Source of the DNA: an uncultured delta proteobacterium
GTDB lineage: Bacteria > Myxococcota_A > Polyangia > Haliangiales > Haliangiaceae
Assembly: GCA_963848295.1 (NCBI GenBank)
Contig: CAWKDB010000010.1
Location: 4,320,001-4,384,000 of the forward strand
DNA: 64,000 nt
Direction: 5' to 3'
Position 1 is the first letter of the stretch. Every line of letters begins with the position of its first letter. Below the pieces are notes generated by a model, which did not search any database, was not told where the DNA came from, and worked only from the letters and a program-made list of their open reading frames with translations. Below are positions 1-10,160 of the stretch, piece after piece. Made by a program: the position numbers and the translations under genes.

Positions 1-2
1 TC

Positions 3-113
3 CAGGTCGCGCTCGTCGCCGGCATCACGATGGTGATCAGCCTCGGCGCGACGTGGGCGCCGGCGCAGGCCGCGCAAGCGCTGACGCCCGTCGAGGGCTT
101 GCGGTACGACTGA
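3..113 (+). CDS. 3' end of an ABC permease (LolC/LolE-FtsX family), truncated by the window edge
   Basis: Frame from 3 reads QVALVAGITMVISLGATWAPAQAAQALTPVEGLRYD*, nearly identical to the C-terminus of the next gene. Confidence 0.85.
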   Translation, partial: QVALVAGITMVISLGATWAPAQAAQALTPVEGLRYD

Positions 114-145
114 GCCGCGGGCACAGTCTCGCGGTGCCGACTGCG

Positions 146-1612
146 ATGTTCGTGCTGGAGGTCGTCGCGATCACCGCGGCGGTCGTGGTACCGGCATACT
201 TCCTCGTCGGTCGCACGCTCGAGCGCACGATCGCGTGGCGCTACCTGTACGTCGTGACCGCGGGTCGAGGCGCGCGCACCGGCATCGTCCTGTCGGGCGT
301 CGTGATGGTCATCGGCACCGCCGCGCTCGTGATCTCTCGTGGCGAGAATGCGTACGGCGTGCTGCTGCTCGTCACGGGGATGATCATGGGATCGGTGTTC
401 CTGTTGCTGTCCGTGTTCTCGGTGTTCACCACCGTGTCGGTGCTCGGCGTGATGCTCGGCGTGAGCGCGCTGACGATCGTGTTGTCGGTGACGACCGGCT
501 TTCAAAAAGAGTTTCGCGACAAGGTGCTCGGGGTCAACGCGCACGTCATCATCGAGAAGTCCGAGATGACGTTTGCGGACTATCGCGAGGTCATGAAGGT
601 CGCCCGCGGGGTGGATCCCGACGTGCTAGGTGTCCAGCCGTTCATTCTCGCGCCGATGCTCGTCACTCGCGGTCAAGGCGTGTCGTCGGGCGTCGCGCTC
701 AAGGGCGTCGATCCCGAGCTCGTCAACTCCGTGCTCGATCTCGACAAGCACATGGTGCCCGGCGCCGGCTCGGTCGCGTCGCTCGCGAAGCCGCTCGGCC
801 CACACGACGAACCGCCGATCATCTTGGGCAAAGCGCTCGCCGAAAAGCTCAAGGCGAAGGTCGGCGACGATGTCACCGTCGTCGTGCCCCTCTCGAACAT
901 CGACTTCGACACGCTGCAGGCGAAGTCCGGGGCGCCGACCTCGCGCAAGTTCAAGGTCACCGGGATCTTCGACGTCGGATTCGACGAGTACGACCGCGCG
1001 CTGATGTACACGTCGCTGCAGGCATCGCAGGATCTACTGGGTCGCGGCGATCAGGTGCTCGGCGTCGAGCTCAAGGTCAAGGACGTCAACCGCGCGGCCG
1101 AGATCGCCCACAAGCTCGAGGTCCTGCTCGGCCCGCCGTTCACGGTGCAAGACTGGTACGACCTCAACCACAACCTGTTCACCGCGCTCGATATCCAGCA
1201 ACTCGTGCTCGTGGTGATCTTGACGCTGATCATCATCGTGGCGGCCGTGAACATGGTGTCGGCGCTGACGATGATGGTGACGGACAAGACGCGCGAGATC
1301 GCGATCCTGAAATCGATGGGCGCGACCTCCGGCAACATCGGTCGCACGTTCCAGATCCTCGGCCTCGCGATCGGGGGCGTGGGCACTGGCTTCGGTCTCG
1401 CGATCGGCTTGGTGATTTGCTACGTCGTCGCGGGCTATGGCTATCACCTCGATCCGAAGGTCTATCTGATCGACAAGCTGCCGATCGAAGTCCAACCGCT
1501 CAAGATCGGCCTCGTCGCCGGCTTGACGATGGTCATCAGCTTGGGCGCGACCTGGGCGCCCGCGCGCACGGCTCAGGCGCTGACCCCGATCGAAGGCCTG
1601 CGCTACGACTAG
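146..1612 (+). CDS. Lipoprotein-releasing ABC permease, LolC/LolE family
   Basis: LGVSALTIVLSVTTGF, large periplasmic loop, DKTREIAILKSMGA, C-terminal PIEGLRYD; start taken at ATG146 (GTG134 possible). Confidence 0.9.
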   Translation: MFVLEVVAITAAVVVPAYFLVGRTLERTIAWRYLYVVTAGRGARTGIVLSGVVMVIGTAALVISRGENAYGVLLLVTGMIMGSVFLLLSVFSVFTTVSVLGVMLGVSALTIVLSVTTGFQKEFRDKVLGVNAHVIIEKSEMTFADYREVMKVARGVDPDVLGVQPFILAPMLVTRGQGVSSGVALKGVDPELVNSVLDLDKHMVPGAGSVASLAKPLGPHDEPPIILGKALAEKLKAKVGDDVTVVVPLSNIDFDTLQAKSGAPTSRKFKVTGIFDVGFDEYDRALMYTSLQASQDLLGRGDQVLGVELKVKDVNRAAEIAHKLEVLLGPPFTVQDWYDLNHNLFTALDIQQLVLVVILTLIIIVAAVNMVSALTMMVTDKTREIAILKSMGATSGNIGRTFQILGLAIGGVGTGFGLAIGLVICYVVAGYGYHLDPKVYLIDKLPIEVQPLKIGLVAGLTMVISLGATWAPARTAQALTPIEGLRYD

Positions 1613-1644
1613 GCTCGAGCGCACCAGTTAGTAGAACTGATAAA

Positions 1645-1666
1645 TTAGTTGCATTCATGCAACTAA
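1645..1666. promoter_or_regulatory. Palindromic operator-like site
   Basis: TTAGTTGCAT-TC-ATGCAACTAA, a perfect 10-bp inverted repeat in an AT-rich intergenic region. Confidence 0.55.
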
Positions 1667-1764
1667 AGTTGTCTGTGAGCAATATAACGGGATCTGCACT
1701 CGTGTAATCTCAAGTGGTTATCTTTACCTACATTGGCTCACCCTTTGTAGTAGGGCTCGCCATC

Positions 1765-2529
1765 ATGCGGACCCTCAACACTCTCCTCACTGTTCTCGCT
1801 CTCTCGTTCCCCGTCAGCCTCGTCGCTTGCACCGATGACGGCACCGACACCAGCGACACCGACGCCGATGCCGCAGGCACGGGCTCGTTCGACCTGTGGC
1901 AGTCGACCGACGGCTGGCACTTTCACCTCAAGGCGGGCAACGGCAACATCCTGCTCGCTTCCGAGGCGTACACGAGCCGCACCGGCGCGATCAACGGCGT
2001 GCTGTCGATCGAGAACAATGGCGAAGACCCCGACATGTACCAGGTCGTGAAGGGCGCGAGCGGCTACCTGCTCCACCTGGTCGCGCCGAACAACGAGATC
2101 ATCGGCTTCACCCAGACCTACTCGTCGAAGTCGAACGCGACCCGCGCGATCGGCTCGTGCGTCCACGCGGTGACGAGCTTCGTCAGCCAGCAGGACGCAG
2201 ACACGACCGGCGCCCGCGTCGAGATCGCGCTCGGCGCGACGAACCAGTACCACTTCAACTTCCATGCGGCGAACGGCCAGATCGTCCTGACGTCGGAGAG
2301 CTACACCACGGAAGCCGCCGCGATCGACGGCGCGATGTCGGTGCAGGACAACGGCGCGAACGCGGCGAACTACAAGGTGCTCGAGGCCTCGGGCGGCACG
2401 TACTACTTCAACCTGATCGCGACCAACGGTCAGGTCATCGGCACGAGCCAGCAGTACTCGACCAAGGCCGACGCGACCCGGGGCGTCAACGCGGTGATCG
2501 CGCTCGTCCCGACGGTCAAAGTCCTCTAA
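1765..2529 (+). CDS. Lipoprotein with four YegP/DUF1508-like repeats
   Basis: Signal peptide with lipobox LVAC; four units like F.LKA.NG.I...SE.Y.S...A..G. Confidence 0.8.
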   Translation: MRTLNTLLTVLALSFPVSLVACTDDGTDTSDTDADAAGTGSFDLWQSTDGWHFHLKAGNGNILLASEAYTSRTGAINGVLSIENNGEDPDMYQVVKGASGYLLHLVAPNNEIIGFTQTYSSKSNATRAIGSCVHAVTSFVSQQDADTTGARVEIALGATNQYHFNFHAANGQIVLTSESYTTEAAAIDGAMSVQDNGANAANYKVLEASGGTYYFNLIATNGQVIGTSQQYSTKADATRGVNAVIALVPTVKVL

Positions 2530-3989
2530 GACTTCACGACGCGGCCGAGGTGCAGACCTCGCCGGCGGAGCAGGCGGTACAGCGTGACGGCATTGATGCC
2601 GGCTTCGCGGGCCGCCTGTTTGACGTTCCCGGCGTGACGCGCGAGGAGCTCGGTGAGGTACTGGCGCTCGAGCGGATCGAGCCAGGTCTCTCGCGCTTGC
2701 TCGAGCGTCGGACCGGTCGGCTTGTGATGCGCCGCGGAGCTCGCGACGCGCTCCTGTAAAGGGCGCGGCAAGTCCTGGGCACGCAGCACGTCGCCGGTGC
2801 ACAGGATCATCGCGTGCTCGATCGTGTTCTTCAGCTCGCGCATGTTGCCGGGGAAGTCGTAGGCGGCCAGTCGCGCGAGCACCTCGGTGCCGAGCCGAGG
2901 CGCCGGCTTGCCGTAGCTGGCCGCCGCTTGCTCGAGGAACACGTTCGCGAGCACCTCGAGGTTGTCTTTGTAGCTACGCAGCGGGGGCAGCTCGAGCGTC
3001 ATGACACTGAGCCGGTAGTACAGGTCGTCGCGGAACGCGCCGGTCTTCGCCATCGCTTCGAGATCGCGGTTGGTCGCGCAGATCAGGCGCACGTCGACGC
3101 GATCGGGGGGCTCGTTCGAGCCGAGCGGCTGGACCTCGCCTTGCTCGACCGCGCGCAGCACCTTCGCCTGCAGCATGACCGGTAGCTCGCCGACCTCGTC
3201 GAGGAACAGCGTGCCGCCGTTCGCCTTCTGGAACTCGCCGACCTTATGAAAGCTCGCGCCGGTGAACGCGCCCTTGACGTGACCGAACAGGATCGATTCG
3301 AGCAACGTCTCCGGAATCGCCGCACAGTTGACGGTGACGTACGGCTTGTCGATCCGCTTGCTGTTCCAGTGAATCGCGCGCGCGACGAGATCTTTGCCGG
3401 TGCCGCTCTCGCCGCGAATCAGGATCGGCGCTTGGGTCGGTGCAGCGAGCTCGAGCTTGCGTTCGACCTCTCGCCACGCTGACGATAGCCCTTTGATCAA
3501 CAACGGCCGGCCGGTGGCCGCGCGTGACAGCTTGTCGACTTGGACGCGGCGGAGCAGTGGCGCGCCAACCTCGGCGATCGCGGCGATACTGCGCAGCGCT
3601 TTCGCATCGAGCCCGCGCGGTTCGCGGGTCGAGACGGTGAGCACGCCGATCGGCCGGCGTTGATACTGGATCGGCGCTGCGGCGATACAGCCGACGTCGA
3701 TCAGGTAGCGCGTGTACAGCGGATCGCGCGACGTGTCGGGCGACAGGTACGGCTCGTCGGTGTCGTAGACGTGGCCGGCGATGCCGGCGCGCCCGTCGGC
3801 CTTGACGACGCGCGGCAACGTCACCGTGACGCCGCCGACGACGTGATGGACGAGCGCGAGCCCACCGGCGGTCTTGTCCCAGACGAACAGCGCGCCGTGC
3901 TCGGCGCCGGTTTGCTCCATCGCGACCGCGACGAGCTCGGCCTCGACCGCGACCGCGCCGTGGAGTCGGCTATCGATGCTCGCGGTCAT
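2526..3989 (-). CDS. Sigma54-dependent activator (GAF-AAA+-HTH)
   Basis: GESGTGKD, ESILFGHVKGAFTGA, LFLDEVGE, FRDDLYYRL, FPGNMREL, C-terminal HTH; start MTASID overlaps the upstream stop (ATGA). Confidence 0.93.
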   Translation of the reverse strand: MTASIDSRLHGAVAVEAELVAVAMEQTGAEHGALFVWDKTAGGLALVHHVVGGVTVTLPRVVKADGRAGIAGHVYDTDEPYLSPDTSRDPLYTRYLIDVGCIAAAPIQYQRRPIGVLTVSTREPRGLDAKALRSIAAIAEVGAPLLRRVQVDKLSRAATGRPLLIKGLSSAWREVERKLELAAPTQAPILIRGESGTGKDLVARAIHWNSKRIDKPYVTVNCAAIPETLLESILFGHVKGAFTGASFHKVGEFQKANGGTLFLDEVGELPVMLQAKVLRAVEQGEVQPLGSNEPPDRVDVRLICATNRDLEAMAKTGAFRDDLYYRLSVMTLELPPLRSYKDNLEVLANVFLEQAAASYGKPAPRLGTEVLARLAAYDFPGNMRELKNTIEHAMILCTGDVLRAQDLPRPLQERVASSAAHHKPTGPTLEQARETWLDPLERQYLTELLARHAGNVKQAAREAGINAVTLYRLLRRRGLHLGRVVKS

Positions 3990-5419
3990 CGCCGCAGCCC
4001 GAGGCGCTTCGCGAGCGCCGCGCCGGCGGGCACGTTCGGATCGATCTGCAGCGCGACGTGGAGGTGCCAGCGCGCCGAGTCGGCATCGCCCGCCGAGGCG
4101 CACAACATGGCGAGTGCGACGAGCGCGCGTGGCCACGGTCGGCAGCCGAGCATCAGCTGCTCGAGGGCTCGGCGCTCGGTAGTCGCGGTCTCGCGTTGAT
4201 CTTTTCCCGACGCGACTTGGACGCGCAACCTCGCCCAGGCGAAGTTGGCCTCGTAGTCGGGGTGGCCGGGGTGATGCCGGCACGCGGTCGCGAGCTCGCT
4301 CATCGCGCGGTGCGCGTCGCCATCGCCGAGTGCTTTCTGGCCGCGCGCGAACGCATCGGCGGCGAGCTTCGCCGGGCCGGGCTCGATCGCCCACACCGTG
4401 CGCAGCGTCGCGAGGTTCTTGCGCAGCCAGTCGTGATATTTGCCGCGAGCCGCGTGATCGATCAGCACGCCGCGCGCTTTCTCGACGAGGTCCCACATCG
4501 GCTGGACCAGCCCCGCGACGTCGGCCAGGTCGTAACGCCCGGTCGATTGCGGCGAGTAGCGCCACGCAATGCGCTGGTACGCGTCCTCGATCTCGTCGTA
4601 CTCGGCCTGCGTGCCGATCTCGAGCACGTCGTAGTACGTCGACTTCTCGAGCCGCGCGTTGCGACCGCGGAGGTGGCCACGCAGCTCGTCGAGCGCGCGC
4701 CGCGCCGGCGTCGTGACGTCGCGAACCTCCGGCGTCAGATCGACCGCCCCCATCGACGCGAGGGTCCACAGCATGCGCGCGGCGCCGACGCCGTCGAGCG
4801 GACCGCTGCGGACGAGTGTCTGGATCGTCGATGCACCATCGATGTGCGCCGACGTCTCGAGCTCGGGCACGGTGAGCAGGCGCTCCTCGCGCAGTTGATC
4901 GAGCACGGCGGTCGGCGTTGCGTAGTGCTGCGCGTGCCAGCGCAGGGCCGCGCGCGGGATCTCGATGTCGACCTTGCGTGCGGCGACGAGCGTCTGCTGC
5001 CACGCCGCCGAGGTGTTGTCGGCGGGCGGCAGCTTCGTGGCGGCGCGCATGACGTGCCAGCGCATCCCGGTCGCGAGTCGCAGCTTTTCCGCGTCGCGGA
5101 TCGCGCTCGCGAGCGTCGAGATCTGCGCGGTCGAGGCGAGCAATGTGAGGCGCGCGCGGGGCGCTTGTTCGCGCGCCGCGGCCGAGCTTCCGATCGCGAC
5201 GATGCCGGGCACCGAGCGGTGGTCGCGCCACGCTTCGGCGACCTCGGCCATCCGCTTGCCGAGATGGTCGGCGTCGATGACCACGACCGCCGCGGCTTCG
5301 CCGCCGCGCGGGCCATTCGCGGCCGCCGCATCCCACGTCGCGGTGAACCCGGCCTGCTGGAGCGCTTCTTCGAGCTGCACTCCTGGCCCGACGTCAGCCA
5401 GCGCGATCAGCACCTGCAC
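3986..5419 (-). CDS. Receiver-like / J-like domain / TPR protein
   Basis: TYYDVLEI...EIEDAY J-domain start with SPQ at the HPD position; C-terminal TPR-like helices; GTG start 5419. Confidence 0.7.
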   Translation of the reverse strand: MQVLIALADVGPGVQLEEALQQAGFTATWDAAAANGPRGGEAAAVVVIDADHLGKRMAEVAEAWRDHRSVPGIVAIGSSAAAREQAPRARLTLLASTAQISTLASAIRDAEKLRLATGMRWHVMRAATKLPPADNTSAAWQQTLVAARKVDIEIPRAALRWHAQHYATPTAVLDQLREERLLTVPELETSAHIDGASTIQTLVRSGPLDGVGAARMLWTLASMGAVDLTPEVRDVTTPARRALDELRGHLRGRNARLEKSTYYDVLEIGTQAEYDEIEDAYQRIAWRYSPQSTGRYDLADVAGLVQPMWDLVEKARGVLIDHAARGKYHDWLRKNLATLRTVWAIEPGPAKLAADAFARGQKALGDGDAHRAMSELATACRHHPGHPDYEANFAWARLRVQVASGKDQRETATTERRALEQLMLGCRPWPRALVALAMLCASAGDADSARWHLHVALQIDPNVPAGAALAKRLGLRR

Positions 5420-5421
5420 GT

Positions 5422-6414
5422 CTAATCCATCATCTCGACGAGATCGGTGACGAGCTGATCGACCGCGGTGCGCGCCGCGCGGATTCCACCGGCGAGGCTC
5501 AAGAAGCCGTGGACCAGCGATGGATGGCGGCGGTGGCGCACCGTGATGCCCTCGCCGCGCAAGCGCTCCGCCCACGCATCGCCTTCGTCGACGAGCGGAT
5601 CGAAGCCGGCGGTCACCACGATCGCGGGCGCGGAGTCTGCGACCGAGGGCCAGAACTTCGGCGAAGCGGCGCGCTGATCTCGCGAGCCGAGGTAGTGGTC
5701 GCGGAAGTACAGCATCGTCGGTTTCGTCAGCAGGTAGCCGAGCGCGAACTTGTCGATCGACGGCGACGTCAGCGTCAGGTCGACGAGCGGATAGATCAGG
5801 CCCTGGACGTCCGGTTGCCGGACACCGCGCGCGCGCGACAAATGATCGACCTGGGCCGCGAGGTAGCCGCCGAAGCTATCGCCGGCGACCGCGACGTTGC
5901 CACCGGCCGGCACGCGCTTGACGAGCTCGGTCCAGGCCGCGAGCGAATCGTCGACCGCCGCGGGATGCGGGTGTTCGGGTGCGAGCCGATAGTCGACCGA
6001 CGCGATCGTGCATCGCGTGTGCGATGCGAGATAGCGCGTGACCGGCTCCGAGCCCTTGACCGAGCCGATCACGCCGCCGCCGCCGTGGAGATACACGATC
6101 CAATTCTTCGACGCGCCGTGCGGCACGAACACGCGCACGGGCACGCCACCCGCGGTCGTGTCGATCACTTCGGCCATCGGCTCCGGCGTCAGCTCGGTGA
6201 CCGAGAGCCCTTCCTCGGCGAACTTGCGCGCGGCGGCCGGCGACATCGACTCGAGCGGCGGCATCTTCATCACGCGTTGGTACTCGAGCGCCGCAGCGAT
6301 CTGACGATCGAGCGTGAAGTCGATGCCCTTCGCTCGCTTCTGCCCGGCGAACCGGACGAAGCGATCGCTGCTCAGCAACATCTGGATCGCAGCTCGCAGC
6401 AAGCGCTCGCGCAC
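5422..6414 (-). CDS. Alpha/beta hydrolase, HSL-family esterase/lipase
   Basis: HGGGG oxyanion motif, DYRLAPEHP, GDSFGG nucleophile, FDPL, HGF. Confidence 0.92.
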   Translation of the reverse strand: MRERLLRAAIQMLLSSDRFVRFAGQKRAKGIDFTLDRQIAAALEYQRVMKMPPLESMSPAAARKFAEEGLSVTELTPEPMAEVIDTTAGGVPVRVFVPHGASKNWIVYLHGGGGVIGSVKGSEPVTRYLASHTRCTIASVDYRLAPEHPHPAAVDDSLAAWTELVKRVPAGGNVAVAGDSFGGYLAAQVDHLSRARGVRQPDVQGLIYPLVDLTLTSPSIDKFALGYLLTKPTMLYFRDHYLGSRDQRAASPKFWPSVADSAPAIVVTAGFDPLVDEGDAWAERLRGEGITVRHRRHPSLVHGFLSLAGGIRAARTAVDQLVTDLVEMMD

Positions 6415-6426
6415 GCCGCCACGATA

Positions 6427-7095
6427 TCACCATACGAAAGGGACGAGCCGATAGCGCACGCGCGCTCGATACGCCGGGTACCCGGCGAGCTCGGCATCCA
6501 GCACGCGCTCCTCGTCGAGCAGGCGCCAGACGATCACGGCGGCGAGCGGCGCGACCGCGAGGAGCGCGGGCCACGAGCCGAGCGCGAGCGGGATGCCGAG
6601 CAGCATCGCGATCGCGCTGGCGTACATCGGGTGGCGTACGATCCGGTACGGGCCTGTCGACACGACGTGTTGCTCGGCCTCGACCTGGATCGTTCCAGCG
6701 GTGAACGTGTTCGCGCGGAACACGCGCCACACCGCCGCGAGCCCCAGCGCCACGATCGCATCGCCCGCGACGACGATCGCGTCTGGGACGCGTGACCAGC
6801 CGAGCCGGCGATCGAGCGCGGCGACCACGAACACCGCGAGGAACGCGAGCTGCGCGATGCCCTGTGCCAGCTGCTGGCCGCGCCGTCGCTCGGCGAGCGG
6901 ACCGGCCTTGACGCGGCGGGCGAGCAACGCCGGATCGCGCACGGCGAGGTCGATGGTGATCGCGAGGACGCATGTACCGAACACCGCGAGGAACGCCCAG
7001 GCTCGCTCGTAGTCGAGGGTGCCGGCGACGCCGAACACCACGCCGCCGAGGACGCCGACGAGGAAGCCGAGGCCCAGCGCTGCTTTCGCTAGCAT
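6427..7095 (-). CDS. Isoprenylcysteine carboxylmethyltransferase/PEMT family membrane protein
   Basis: Multiple TM segments, GPYRIVRHPMY, EER.L...GY..Y..RVRYRLVP. Confidence 0.88.
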   Translation of the reverse strand: MLAKAALGLGFLVGVLGGVVFGVAGTLDYERAWAFLAVFGTCVLAITIDLAVRDPALLARRVKAGPLAERRRGQQLAQGIAQLAFLAVFVVAALDRRLGWSRVPDAIVVAGDAIVALGLAAVWRVFRANTFTAGTIQVEAEQHVVSTGPYRIVRHPMYASAIAMLLGIPLALGSWPALLAVAPLAAVIVWRLLDEERVLDAELAGYPAYRARVRYRLVPFVW

Positions 7096-7190
7096 CCGCG
7101 ACTATTATGACCCGCGAGCGGCCCCGATCGGCGGCGACGCCAGGCGGTGGCCGGGTTGCGTGCGACGGCGATTCGGGCGATGACCGGCCC

Positions 7191-8078
<888 letters not shown>

Positions 8079-8079
8079 C

Positions 8080-8259
8080 CTACTTCTTGCGCACGAGGCG
8101 CTCGGCGGCGATCACCGCGGCCGGCTTCGGTGACATCGCGATCGGATCGAGCTCGGTCGAGCCGCAGGCGAGGCACGCGCCATTGAGAACAACGTCGTGC
8201 ACGCAGTCGCCGCACGCGACGCACACGCCTTCGCGACGTTCGGGGTGAGAGCAGGTCAC
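8080..8259 (-). CDS. Small Cys/His-rich putative metal-binding protein (59 aa), absent from the ORF track
   Basis: MTCSHPERREGVCVACGDCVHDVVLNGACLACGSTELDPIAMSPKPAAVIAAERLVRKK*; GTG overlaps the recD stop (GTGA) and the ORF exactly fills the gap to fabI. Confidence 0.75.
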   Translation of the reverse strand: MTCSHPERREGVCVACGDCVHDVVLNGACLACGSTELDPIAMSPKPAAVIAAERLVRKK

Positions 8260-10160
8260 GGCGACAGGCTACCGCTGATCCGATCGGCGAGCCCGGAGTA
8301 GCGCAGCGCGCTGCGTTTGACGCCGGTGGTGAGCAAGTCCTTGCCGCCTGCGATCACGACGCCGGTGCGTGCGCGGGTGAGGCCCGTGTAGAGCAGCTCG
8401 CGGGTGACGAGCGGCAGATCCTCGTGCGGCAACACGAGCGCGACCGCGTCGTACTCCGAACCCTGGCTCTTGTGCACGGTCATCGCCCACGACAGCTCGA
8501 GCCGATCGCGCAGGGGCTCGATCGCGAACGGCGCGAGCACGCCGCCGGTGCGAAACACGGCGCGGTAGCGGTGATGACCGCGTCCTTCGTCGGCGCGCAC
8601 GACGAGGCCTTGGTCGCCGTTGAACAGGCCGCGGTGATAGTCGTTCTGGGTCACCATGACCGGCTCGCCCGGGACGAGCTCGGGCCTGCCCGTCGTGGTC
8701 GTGCGGTCGAGCGCGAGCTGGTGGAGGTGCGCGTTGAGCGCGTCGGCGCCGGTCGCCTGGCCGCGCGTGACCGTGAGGATCCGCGCGCGCCCGACGAGCT
8801 CGAACAGCTCGAGCAGCTCCGCTTCCTGGGTCGGATCGATCACGCCGCCGGTGAATCGAAACACCGTGCGCGCGCGATCGTGGGCGCGCGGCCCGTCGAA
8901 GTGATGCCACAACGCGGCGACGACCTGGCGGGTCTGTTCGTCGCTGCGGGCGTCGACCCATTCGACGCCGCTCCACGTCAGCTGGCCCGGCGTGCGCGAG
9001 GGGCCGAGCTTCGGAATGGCGCCGCTGCGAATCGATCGAGCGGCCTCGAGCACGGCGCGTCCGCGCGGATCGGCGGAGTCCATGCGATAGCTGTGCTCGA
9101 GCGTCGCGACCCGGGCTTGCGTGGTCGCGAGATCCGCGAGGATCTGCCCGGCGTCGATCGCGGGCAGTTGGTGCGCGTCGCCGAGCAAGATCAGCGGAGC
9201 GGTGACCGGCAGCGCATCGAGCACCGCATCCATCAGCTCGAGATCGATCATCGAAGCCTCGTCGATGATGACGGCCCCGAACGGCAGCGGGCTCTGCGCG
9301 TGATGGACATAGTGCGTGTGACCGCGGCCGAGCAGGCGGTGCAAGGTCTGACCGACCGGCAAGTTCGCGACGAGCGCGCGGTCGAGCTCGGCGGGGTCGG
9401 CGATCGCGCGCAATTGCTCGCCGATCACTTCGGTCAGCCGATTCGCTGCCTTGCCGGTCGCCGCCGCGAGCGCGATCGGCGCGATCTCGAGTCGCGCGAG
9501 GCCACGGACGATCGCCGCGGCCACGACGGTCTTGCCGGTGCCGGGCCCGCCGGTGACGACCGCGAGCTGGCCGCCCAGCGCGAGCTCGACGGCACGCAAC
9601 TGTTCGTGCGACAGCGCGCGCTCGCCCGGTCGAGCGGCGAGCTCGGCGATCACGGCGGTCACGTCGCGCTGCGGTTGCGACGCGATCCGGACCGCCAGCC
9701 GAGCGGCGACGCGGCGCTCGAGCCAACGCGAGCGCTCGCTGTACAAGCAGCCGGCCTCGACGATCAGCGGCACGCGCGCATCGCCGGCGCCGACCACCGA
9801 GTCGAACCCCGGCGCGCCGGTCAGCCTGCCGATCGCGGCGAGGATCTTGCGGGCCTCGCCGTCGGGGAGCCCCGCGATCCGCACGATGTCGCCGACCAGC
9901 GTCTTCAACGGCCCCTTCGGATCGAGCGGCAATCGGGTCGAGCCCTGGCGCTGCGCGATCATCAGCGCGAGCACCAGCACGCCGAGCGCCTGCGCCTGAT
10001 CGCCGATCCACGGGTCGGCGCGCACGATCTCCTCGGCGAGGTACAGCGCTTCGTCGCCGAGATCGCAGCGCTGGGCACCGAGATCGAGCTGACGGAATAC
10101 ATCCGCGCCTACCTGCGGCTGGAACGCCGCGCGCAGCGTGCCCTTCGGATCGAGCGTCAC
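8256..10160 (-). CDS. recD: Exodeoxyribonuclease V alpha subunit
   Basis: GGPGTGKT, IIDEASM, LGDAHQL, AMTVHKSQGSEY, LLYTGLTRAR; coupled to recB. Confidence 0.93.
   Translation of the reverse strand: MTLDPKGTLRAAFQPQVGADVFRQLDLGAQRCDLGDEALYLAEEIVRADPWIGDQAQALGVLVLALMIAQRQGSTRLPLDPKGPLKTLVGDIVRIAGLPDGEARKILAAIGRLTGAPGFDSVVGAGDARVPLIVEAGCLYSERSRWLERRVAARLAVRIASQPQRDVTAVIAELAARPGERALSHEQLRAVELALGGQLAVVTGGPGTGKTVVAAAIVRGLARLEIAPIALAAATGKAANRLTEVIGEQLRAIADPAELDRALVANLPVGQTLHRLLGRGHTHYVHHAQSPLPFGAVIIDEASMIDLELMDAVLDALPVTAPLILLGDAHQLPAIDAGQILADLATTQARVATLEHSYRMDSADPRGRAVLEAARSIRSGAIPKLGPSRTPGQLTWSGVEWVDARSDEQTRQVVAALWHHFDGPRAHDRARTVFRFTGGVIDPTQEAELLELFELVGRARILTVTRGQATGADALNAHLHQLALDRTTTTGRPELVPGEPVMVTQNDYHRGLFNGDQGLVVRADEGRGHHRYRAVFRTGGVLAPFAIEPLRDRLELSWAMTVHKSQGSEYDAVALVLPHEDLPLVTRELLYTGLTRARTGVVIAGGKDLLTTGVKRSALRYSGLADRISGSLSP

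Noticed and set aside
2526..5336. 936-aa version of the sigma54 activator, and the extended PilT ORFs 45938-49261 and 47572-50334
   Set aside because: The extensions overlap real genes; coupled or promoter-supported starts at 3989, 47582 and 49261 fit better, so these are not fusions
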